Positions 37,508 to 47,900 of a stretch of DNA of 64,000 nt are shown piece by piece. The notes under the pieces were generated by a model. That model was not told the origin of the DNA, ran no database searches, and was given only the letters and a program-made list of their open reading frames with translations. How positions within the stretch are numbered: position 1 is the first letter of the stretch; the number at the start of each line of letters is the position of its first letter. This stretch comes from Phoronis australis (Eukaryota; Animalia; Phoronida), in the NCBI GenBank assembly GCA_002633005.1, contig NMRA01000275.1, positions 267,652 through 331,651 on the forward strand, read 5' to 3'. The position numbers were made by a program, and so were the translations under genes.

Positions 37508-39292
37508 AACAAGAGCAACGCAAAGCGTTGAAATGCGCCCACGAATGCACCACAAACGATGTACTTCTAAGGGTGTTTATATCATCATAAATGTCCATTA
37601 GATGACACAGAATACATTGAACCATCTGAAAATGGGAAGCAGTTGTCGTCTCTCAAAATAATTTGCCAAATTTTATGAAAATCCGTCAATCGAAGAATTC
37701 CAAAGATACAAAGGCAAACGCAAAAAATAAACTGCCATTATGAACCATAGCAGTAGTCGAATCTGTCCACCTGCTGTTACAGTAGTTAATAGGAATACAT
37801 AAGTAAAATTTCAAAAACATCTTGCAAGGGGTTTAAACGATACAGCCGTAGATGCGAAAAATGCCACTAGGAGGCTGCACAGTAGTTGGACGCGTTTGAA
37901 AATCCATGTCCGTCATGCTCTTGTCAGTAGGAACACATCTGCCAATTAGTGCAGAATACTTCAAATCCATCACAAAAAGATACAAGGTGCTGTCGTCTTC
38001 ATAATAGATATTTGTTTGCCCAATTTCATGTAAAAACATCAAGGAACTCTGCCGGTACTGAGAAAACCGTAAAAATAAAATTGTCACCAGGGACCTCAGC
38101 TGTAGTCGGATTGGTCAAACTGGCCGTCATCCATTTTCATAGGAACATACCTGCTATCTTGCAAAGGGTAAAGGAGGGAGATACAGCCAAGGACGCAACA
38201 ACATAAAATTGCCACTACGGGGTGCCAGAATAATATATCATGTCCAAAAATCAACATCAGCCGCAGTCTTAACATCAAAAACACATCTCCAATTTTTAAT
38301 AATGATCCTTCAAGCAGTTTGGTGGATGGAGAGGGTAAAGTCAAAAAACGTACTCAAAATTTTTTATAGTGGCCACCATGTGGCGCAGAATATGTCAAAT
38401 CTGCCCAAAAATGAAAAGACGTCGTCATCTTCTTAATAGAAACCTATTTGCAAAATTTCATGATGTCGAAACTATTCAAAAACAAGAACCTGTTGACTCT
38501 TTTATAATACGTTAAATCCATCCAAAAATGGCAACATGTCATCGTTTCTTTAATACAAAGCTATCTTCCAAATTTCATAAAAATTCGTCAAGGAACTTCA
38601 GAGAAACAAGGTTAAAAATACAAAACTAAAATTGCCACTTGGGACACATCACCAGTCGGATCCGTCCGTTGTCAACTTCATATAAATACACTTGCCAAAC
38701 TTAATAAAGATTCCGCAGAGCTCTTAAGAGATACACCCATGAGTGCAACAAAATGCCACTAGGAAGCGCCACATTAGTCGAAGACATTAGAAAAGCATCG
38801 TCAGCCATCCTCTTCACAGTAAGATCATGTACGCCTAACCTATATGCCTATTTTCTCAATCCCTCTTAGAGCGGTTTGGCTGATAGAGAGGCTGACGCCA
38901 AAAAAAAAAAAACTCGAAAACAGTAAAAATGACTAATGGGTAGTGCAAAATACCTTGAATCCATCAGAAAACGGGAGGATAGCATCATCTCACTGATAGA
39001 TGCCTATCTTCCAAATTTTGTGAAGAGATCCGTAGAGGACCTTTCAAAATACAGAGGTAAACATAAAAAATTAAAATTGCCACTAGAGGGAACACCGGTA
39101 GTCAGATCCATCCAAAAGTTCGCTCATGGCATCCCATTCATGAAAGGAATATCTGCAAAATTTAATGAACATACATCGAAGGGTTTTGGAAATAGAACAC
39201 CAGACAGACGCCGAACGGACGTCGGATGGATGCCGGATGGATGGAAGTGACGGCGTAATGCGCCCATGTGTAAATATGTGAGTGCATAAAAA
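37508..39292 (-). mobile_element. HINE/DINE-1-like element copy 2, full length
   Basis: One end AACAAGAG, hairpin CAACGC-AAA-GCGTTG, AATGCGCCCA; internal tandem monomers; (GGAT/GGAC/AGAC) microsatellite at about 39200-39245; other end AATGCGCCCATG...GTGCATAAAAA. Confidence 0.8.
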
Positions 39293-41170
39293 GTCTCCTA
39301 CGCGTTATTCAAATATCCGCACGTGCACCTTAATTCAAGTACCGATGCTGCTTCATACACAAGCCCATGTCATGCTCTGTGTACTGGATATACATGAAAT
39401 CTTATGTGACATTTATTCATACACAAATACTATGGAATGCACAATTTTATTAAGCACCCACTTTTGTGCCATGAATATGTTACAACAGGAGTCAGAGCTC
39501 TTCACAACCTGTATTGACTCGTGGCAGTAGCATGGCTGAATTCTGCTTTGACGAGTTTTTCTCACTTGCGTTAGGTTTGAGAACCTGAGCAAGTTTAAAC
39601 TTTCAGGCAATTAGTTATCGGAAATTTGAACTTTCGAGCCTATTGAAACTGTGTTTAATTGGTACTTTTCCTAGTTACTTGATTTTGAAACAATTTTTAA
39701 ATTTTCCGAATTAAAGGTGTTTAGTTGGTGGACCGCGCTTGCAGAAGTGAAAAGATCAAGTTACGCAATAGAAAGGTTCATTACTGAACTAAACATGGCG
39801 CAATGTTAATATATGCTGTGAATCATGATAAGTCATACACACAACAAAGAATTCCTTGCTTCAACAGTTATGCTCGTTTCACCAAAAACGTATCTGTTCA
39901 AATATGCTCGTGACTCCGTACTGGACAATTTTTACACCAAAAGTGTTCATAACTATTCACAAAAGTTTGAAATAACTGTTCATTGAAAGCATCTCTCAAC
40001 TGATAAATATATACCACCGTACTGCCTGTCAAAAAACCCGACTGTTGCCGACAGGTGGATGTGCTGCAAAGTCAGAACGGTCACCAAGTGTGCAAGAAAA
40101 CAACGCGCTACACTGACTAGCAATATAAATTCTATGGTCCCTTCCATAAGACACAGACATGCTTCGGAACATCGTGGCAAAAACAGATGTTCCCTTCTTT
40201 CAGAAGCTATTTTCTTTCCAGCTCGGAATATGCATCCTCTCAAGCTTTGCCATTTTTGCAAAAGTATGTATTTAGCCAGAATTAAAGAAAATAAACCACA
40301 GAAGTTGTTGCTTATAGTTTTAGCCGGCGATGATGAATATCGATAGAAGAAGCCTTGCGATTCGATATCTTGCTATAATATTAGATTGAATCCGCACAAG
40401 TTTCCGACTTCGGAGCTCACATTATTTAGTTAAATATTATGAATACGTATTTATATTTTCTAATTTAAAAATATTCTTGCATTTATATTATTAGCTTATG
40501 ACAAAGTGAGTAACAACTCAGTAAATAACCTGCTTCAAATTAATTTTTGTGTATTTTTGCCTGGTCTTGCGTACTACAAGCTAAATTTCCGTACGAATCC
40601 ACATTTTTGTGTACGGTACAAGGGTCTGATTTTAACACTAGTTCACCAACAGTCAATGTACAAAGACCCCATGGTGTAGACTCGGGCATGCTCATGAGTA
40701 TTGTGTCTGAATCTGATTTGGAGAACATTGTGTTCATCATTTTTGTGTGACAATACAAGAATTACACTTAACGGCGTAGTGCTAGTAGTTGCTCAGTGAC
40801 AGTACAGTCATCACTTGGACGTGGACCCGAAAGCCAGTTGACAAAACCAAATGATGCTAGGTAGAATAGTGCAAGTTAATTTGCTTAGAACTGCCCTAGG
40901 CTATTTGACTGTGACACTAACACAACTTGTCAAATTTCAAAAACATCTTTCCATACATTTAGCAGTGAGTTGAGTAATCATAAATTAAATTTGCCATTTT
41001 TGAGAAACTCCACAACAAATCACCTGTCTCTTGGCACAGGCTTGGTCATGCAATTAGAACCACGAATCTTCACATTAGAAGAATAGATAAACTGATTAAG
41101 AAGAAGCAGTCAACTTTTTGTTCATACTAGTAACATAATACATGAAATGAAAAAGTTTACTTGACCTCAC

Positions 41171-41297
41171 CTTGAAAGATTTCCTAACAAAAGCACCCAC
41201 TTGGATACTTTGCACAACACAAAAAGACAACTTTCTTGCCAACTCTCTCCTTTCCCTTAAATTTCTTGTTTTTCAAGTTCAGACCATGTTGTCTAGC
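41171..41297 (-). CDS. Candidate upstream exon of the C1orf131-like gene (donor uncertain)
   Basis: Good acceptor TCTTACAG then Lys-rich ARQHGLNLKNKKFKGKERVGKK. The strong donor AAG|GTGAGG lies after an in-frame TAG, so the true boundary is unresolved. Confidence 0.35.
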
Positions 41298-42003
41298 CTG
41301 TAAGATAAAGAACAGTAAAATAGTTAAGAGCATTACACATTATCAAGATGAAAGCGCTCAAGAGAGTGGCACTTGGCGAAAGTGATAAATGATGATAATC
41401 AATGGTGAATGACGAATTGCTGATATAAATGATTAGCAAACATTAGATAGTAAACCAAGTTAACAAAGAAGCAGCAGAGAGCTAGTCCATAAAGGAGGAG
41501 TCTTCAGTAAATCTCAAATAACTGGCCTGCTTCTGATGAAGCTCACACACTAAGTTTCAGAAAGATCCATAAAAGGATCGTGAAGCTACTGCTTTCAGAA
41601 GAGAAAAATAAAAAATATCAGCAACTCCTCTTTCTTGCATTGAATTGCCACCAAAATATGACTTGTGCTGTCGACAAAACACATTTCACTCAACCTTTTC
41701 ATGAACTCATTTCATTTTGAATTCGCTAGTATACAATTCAATAGCATCTTTACACCCTTCAACAAAACAGCTCAAATATTTTTTTTAAATTACTTTGCTA
41801 TTGAAACTGATCTCTAACACTGGACCATAACATCATCTGCTATTTCTTCCACATCACTTGCCCAGACTAAACTAGCAGATGCCATTTTTTGCAGTTTCTA
41901 AAACATAGGACAGTGGCGAATCTAGGATATCACAAGGGGCCCCAACATTTTGTCTGTAAACATTTGCTCTAAGGACGAATGTATATGCGCATAGCACCGA
42001 ATG

Positions 42004-42260
42004 NNNNNNNNNNNNNNNNNNNNNNNNNNNNNNNNNNNNNNNNNNNNNNNNNNNNNNNNNNNNNNNNNNNNNNNNNNNNNNNNNNNNNNNNNNNNNNNNN
42101 NNNNNNNNNNNNNNNNNNNNNNNNNNNNNNNNNNNNNNNNNNNNNNNNNNNNNNNNNNNNNNNNNNNNNNNNNNNNNNNNNNNNNNNNNNNNNNNNNNNN
42201 NNNNNNNNNNNNNNNNNNNNNNNNNNNNNNNNNNNNNNNNNNNNNNNNNNNNNNNNNNNN
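42004..42260. other. Assembly gap
   Basis: Run of N. Confidence 1.
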
Positions 42261-42756
42261 ATAGTTCCGTTACGATTGCGCCGTGTTCCGAATTTGACAC
42301 TTGAAATTGGATCAACACTAAAACTGCACACATTTAAATCTTCTTTCAGCCGTATAATTTCAATTACCGGGATTAGTTAATAAACTCAACATTTCCCGAC
42401 GCTCTTGCTGTTTTATTCTTTTTTTGCGGTAGCCAAGGGGGGGGGGGGTCCTGGGCCCCCCTAAATCCGCCTATGTAGGAACAGTAATTAATGTTGAGTT
42501 ACTCGTCTGTTTATACAAAAGTCCAGCGCATACTAGAGGATAGTTCAAGTTACATTCTCTGTTTTATTTAAGAAAAATTAATTCCATACTTCCATTGATG
42601 TAAGTACCAGCCGATTCGTCTCACCTTTACAACATACATTGTGTGTTGTTCAATGCTAGTGTAATGATTTCGGGAAAATTTCACAGACCTGAAAACTTTG
42701 GATGGTGGGTCCACTGAACACTAGAGTTTGGAAGTTTAGGATGAACACTGCATTTT

Positions 42757-43220
42757 GAGGGAAAATTCGTTCAAAAATCGGGATTCCTATAACGCGCAAG
42801 CTTGTGCATTATAGGAATCTGACTCTGATAGACATTTAAAGAATATCTGAGGGAAAACACGTTCAAAAATCGAGATTCCTATATTGCGCAAGACTGCGCG
42901 CTACAGGAATCTGAGCCAGATAGGCGTTTTAAAGAATATTTGAGGGAAAACTCGTAAAAAATCGAGATTCCTATATTGCGCAAGCCTGCGCGTTATAGGA
43001 ATCTGAGCCTGATAGGCATTTTAAAGAATATTTGTGTGAAAACTCGTAAAAAATCGGGATTCCTATAACGCGCAAGCTGCCGCGTTATGGGAATCCGAGC
43101 CTGATAGGCGTTTTAAAGATTACTTGAGGGAACATTCGTTCAAAAATCGGGATTCCTATAGCGCGCAGGTTTGCGTTATTTTAAGAGAAAAACCGTTCAA
43201 AAATCAAAATTCCTATGACT
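42757..43220. repeat. Tandem array of a 92-93 bp unit (about 5 copies), each containing a long palindrome
   Basis: Units start at 42757, 42849, 42942, 43034, 43126; core GATTCCTATAACGCGCA-AG(C)-TGCGCGTTATAGGAATC. Confidence 0.9.
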
Positions 43221-44488
43221 GTTAAGGCTGTTCCATATAAGAATCTCATGCAGAATGATCATAGCGTGCTAATTAAAAATGTGTACTGTCGGGTTCAACG
43301 AAAACCATATTATATCTGCGCAATGTTTTTAATTTTGCTAATAGCGAATCAATCCGGAACGTACAAGTGAATTAAATGCACAAATTCAATCACGCCTTTG
43401 CACATATTACAGAAATTCAGGTTTTGAATAAGTAGTCTAATTGTTTTTTTATTTCAAGAATCTGTTGTACGAAAAGGCAACGCCATTTCGCCCTATTTTC
43501 GAAAGTATGGTTTTGACTGCAACTAAAATGCATTTGGCGCTGTGGGGTTAAATTACGAGGAATGTGTTGACGATTTGCGCGAGAAGTGTTAATTTTATGA
43601 AGATAAAGACACGAAGTGAACAGCTCTCCTGGGAATGTGTGGGCCGGGCTCTGGGGGCTCGAACGAAGTGGGCAAAAACTTCCAACTCTGAGAGACAAAA
43701 AGTCCGAGAAAATAAGTCCATTAAACATGTGCAAACACGTAATTCACAGTGGTGCTCCCGTTTTTTTTTTCTTTTTTAGTCCGCCCACTTTTTTGTTACC
43801 AAGAGGTCCACAAAATCAGGAATTCGAGCCCCCCGGTATTGAAGGCTGAGTGGGTGCGCGCATGTAGCTGTTACAATTCCCCGTAGTGTTGACCCATTCT
43901 ATCTGGTATTTTTCTGTGAGAAGTTTGCGCCAAAGTAAACCTAACTGTGGTGAAATTCATCTTACAATTTGTAGCCTACAACGTTGCAATCCTTTGGGAA
44001 GCATGTGCCTTGTGACTTTGCCACCACACCAGCTTTTAAGCGGCTACTAAACCGGGCCCAAAAAGTTTTCCGCCCGAGATTTTGGCAACTCACCAACCAT
44101 AATATAATTTTAATTAGGTTGAAATATGATCACTATATTTTTAAATTATGCTTGAATTATACATGGTGGTTATACATGTTAGGTTTTATTTTCTTTTTTT
44201 CAGTGTCTCGTGATGTCTGTGGTCTCGTTAGCCAACAACCGTAGTCCAGCAGAGACGGACTCCGCAGCTGATGGTTCACCACCAAGTAGAAACGGCTGTA
44301 ATATTTTATGTACTATCAATACTAAGGCAAAAGACAGTGGTTTCAACATATAATAGTATCTATTTAACGATCTGAACATACGTAGGTAGTGGCAGCAAAT
44401 TGCTAGCATTCACTATAAACGTGTTGGTGGCAATGATATGATAACAGCTGACAGAGTGATGCACTGAACTCATTTTACAACGGCGTTG

Positions 44489-44496
44489 TGACGTCA
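44489..44496. promoter_or_regulatory. Perfect CRE palindrome about 410 bp upstream of the SPTLC1 ATG
   Basis: TGACGTCA in the CpG-containing upstream region; function not shown. Confidence 0.3.
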
Positions 44497-44908
44497 GTAT
44501 CTGTAGAATGTAGGTCAAAGTGTTGGGTCAAGATTCAGTTCCCCAAGAATGTCACATGACTGTGAGCAGCGCTACCTGTTAGTATAGCGTCATTGCATCC
44601 TGCGCCATCTGTTTGTGGTAAAGGTTTTGGATGGGTACCTTTGGCAGAGTGGTGTGAGAATTTTAACGAGAGTATTTATTGTTTCCGCTTGCTTATTACT
44701 CTTTTACATTACGTAATTCCATGATAGCTGTTTTGAGTGAACGTATTCTCTTTTCCAAGTCAACTAGTGGGTGTGATTTGGACGTGGAATTGCGGATTTC
44801 TGTGAGCTTGCCTGATTCCTCTGTCGAGTCCAAGTGCAAGACCTGGAAAAGTGATAACATCGCACCACCGGACTCCAAAGGCAAAGCTCACTTCTGACTC
44901 TTGCCAAA

Positions 44909-44992
44909 ATGACAATGTTAAGCGGTTTCCTTGGGTCCGCCCAAGACTGGCGTGGGCTTAATATTTCTGAATTGGTGGAATCTCTTCTTCAT
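44909..44992 (+). CDS. SPTLC1: SPTLC1 exon 1
   Basis: [28 protein letters not shown], donor GTAAGT, phase 0. Confidence 0.8.
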
Positions 44993-47900
44993 GTAAGTTT
45001 TCCCATGGGTACCATTAACCGGTAAACCAACGTCTTACTTATTTTCCAAACGGTTTACGCATTTTCTGTTTAGCTTAGTTATTTCCCTAATCCATAAGCT
45101 ATCGTACGAAGTTACCAGGATACATATTAATACAGTCATACCTCTATTTCTTTAGTTAGTGATTTGTTGTGCAGTGACGCGACTCGTCTTCGGACTAGGC
45201 CAACCAAGCTGACACTGTTTCAGTGCACAGACTTAGTTTTGAGTACTGACCCTCTGGCCAGCTCGCATTCATGATAGGGTTGGAGGTTCACCTTCATTAG
45301 TTGTCTTCAACTACAGGGGATAGGAGCTGACTGGACTGTAGTTGCAATGAGGGGAATCTCCTTTGACACATCGGGGTCCTTAGGCTATTTCACTGACCCC
45401 CCACTAGTTTCCAAGGTCTTCCAGCTTGCAGTTGGCTCACTATCTGTACTGACTTCTAATGACTGCTAATATAGTATTCTTAGCAAATAGACTAATCTTA
45501 TATACCAAACACGTCCACACTATAGTAGACTACCAAAAAACTAAGCATCACTAAGAAGTCAAAATTGGACAACTATAACTGTCAAACCCACGTGTTACAC
45601 ATAACTTAAAAAAAGCTGTCAAAAAGTCAAGTGCTACAAATGGGGACTTGTCTTGTAGATCCAAAAAACCCATGTTTTAAAAATCTAAGTTTTAAATTAA
45701 ATGATTCTTGTTTCCATGGTTTCTGTGATATCAGAATGGAGCTTATTGTTGTTATTCTGCTTAATAAACTTCTTCATTCTTAGTTTGTCTTTTAATTAAG
45801 TTGCTGTAGATGTGCCGAATCAGGTTCTCAATTTTGGATGAGGGGACTCTTGCTTTGTTAAGTTTCTCAAAAAATAATGTTTGAGAAAATGTTAACATTA
45901 TCACTAGCATGGTTTGTAATTGTAACTTTCATTAAACAAAAAATGAAATGTTAAATATTAAGAGTGTTATCAGGTTTTGAATTTTGGAGAAATTGTGTGA
46001 TTACTGTAATATCTGCGAAATTTCTTTTGTTCTAGGCGCCTTTCTACCATCTAATCTTTGAAGCTCTCCTGATAATATTCATCATCCGACTTCTACTTGC
46101 AAAGAGTTACAGACCAGAGAAGAACGAGCTAACACTGCTGGTAAATTCATAATACTAGGTCTCACGTATTATTCAGCACTTGGGGAAATGGTATTTTACC
46201 CTGTCATGAATTGTGTTTGTTTGTACAGTATAGTCAACATTTTATGACCAATTGGCCAGAAACTTACATTTAACTGACTCCTCTGTTTCGTTTTTGTGTG
46301 ATTATGGTTGTAGGTGTTTTCTGTCATTGGCACTATTGATGTTGTCTGTACATTAGCATCTTTGGTAAAAGCATCATTTGGGTTGACTGAGTTGCTAATT
46401 TTGTCAGCATTTTTGTTGCTGTTCTTGTTGTTAGTAGCGTTGGCATTATTGCTGTTATCAGCATTGTTTTCGTTGGCTGTGGTGTTAGTGTTGGTATTTT
46501 GTTTTGGCGCTTTCGCTGTTGTTGGCTTGTTAGTGTTGTTGTGATGGTCAGTAACATGAGCTTTGGCAGTTGCATCGGATGTGGCTGTGGGTGAGTCTCA
46601 GGTGTCGGCATTTTAGTCCTTCTTGGCGTCGACGTGATTGTCTGTGGTGTCTTTGTCAGTGTTAGTTGCCATCATTGGTGTGGAGGCCTTCATGATTGTC
46701 TTTACCTTTTTCACTAAATTTCGCCTTTTGTTGCTCTTAAGTGCACTTTTAATTTTTTGTTGTCAAAGTCTGTCAGCACCGTCTTTGAAAATCGTGGTTT
46801 GGTTCATGTTTTGGGTAGGAGTCCTTACGATTTTTTTAAGTAGCCAAATTATTCACAATAAAACCATGGATCTAACGAAATTCATGGATGGGTTCAAAGG
46901 GAAGATCCGTATATATATCTGCTAATTTGACTTATTCCAGTTTGGACTTTTGTGATACCGTCTTTAAATGATTTGCACTGAATGTGGATTTCTATGTGTT
47001 TACGGGTGATACCATTGAATAATATGTATTAATAATGGTACTTATACTATTGAATTTTGCCTGTCTGTGAAGGGACATGTTGGGCTGGCTCCTGTTACTT
47101 GTCCATACACAAATAGTGGCATTTCAACTTATTTGTAACTTGTTTGTACATTGCATTTTTTGTTTTCAGGAAAAGAATCAACTTATTGAAGAGTGGAACC
47201 CTGAACCATTAGTACCTTCAGTTGACCCAGATGACCCACTTCTCAATTACATGGAAAATACAGTTATTTCACCGTAAGGTTAATCATGAGTTGTTGCTCA
47301 AGTATTTGTAGGTCTAATTGACATTGCAGGAGGGTTTTCCCATTTTTATTGTATTTCTGATCAGGATGACACATTTGACTCAGTGTTTTAGATGATTTTG
47401 TAAGCAAAGCAAATAATAGAATAACTAACCATAAATAACACTGACGACTTGTGATCAAACAAATGAAGAAAACACTATGTGTAAATTGAGGTATGAGGTG
47501 AGTGTACGTCTCCTGTTGGCCAAGATGAGTATTAAAATATATTCCTTCATGCAAATAATGTGACTTTCTAGTTTTGTTCTCTGTTGGTTGTTGAACAAAT
47601 TGAAGAAGAGGATGCTTCAATGCTTTAATTCAAGCTGGTGTAAACCAGCCTAATATCACAAAAAAACAAATTTTAATTTTTAAAGGTACTGTTATGTAAT
47701 TTGTATCAATAAACTGTGATTTTGTGGACTTAGAAAGAACTAACAGTTGCTTATTGCTTGAGAACAGACTATACAAGTTGTCACGGTATGATGTTAAACC
47801 TCTGTTAGACACATGCTCAAATATTCAAGTATTCAGATATCAATGTTTTTCGCTTCTGCCGAACAGGTCTTTTGGAAATCTTATTGATCAATTTGACTGT

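Noticed and set aside
38936-39250. 104-aa ORF and similar ORFs at 20838, 49620, 61267 and 61948
   Set aside because: They lie inside the HINE-like tandem repeats and the frames are not conserved between copies.
41202-41212. U12-type donor (AA|GTATCC on the - strand) that would fix the C1orf131 phase
   Set aside because: It reads GTATCCAA rather than GTATCCTT, and there is no TCCTTAAC branch site before the acceptor at 36992.
41872-42380. Long ORFs in the ORF track
   Set aside because: Artefacts of translating through the N gap.
42757-43220. CRISPR-like appearance of regularly spaced palindromes
   Set aside because: The intervening sequences are copies of each other rather than unique spacers, there are no cas genes, and the context is eukaryotic.
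44696-44884. Minus-strand 62-aa ORF as a first exon of the C1orf131-like gene
   Set aside because: Ends in a stop, shows no similarity I can recognise, and overlaps the probable SPTLC1 5' UTR/promoter.
46314-46925. Hydrophobic or Thr-rich ORFs resembling membrane or mucin proteins (also 14513-14731)
   Set aside because: By-products of trinucleotide-like low-complexity repeat sequence in introns.
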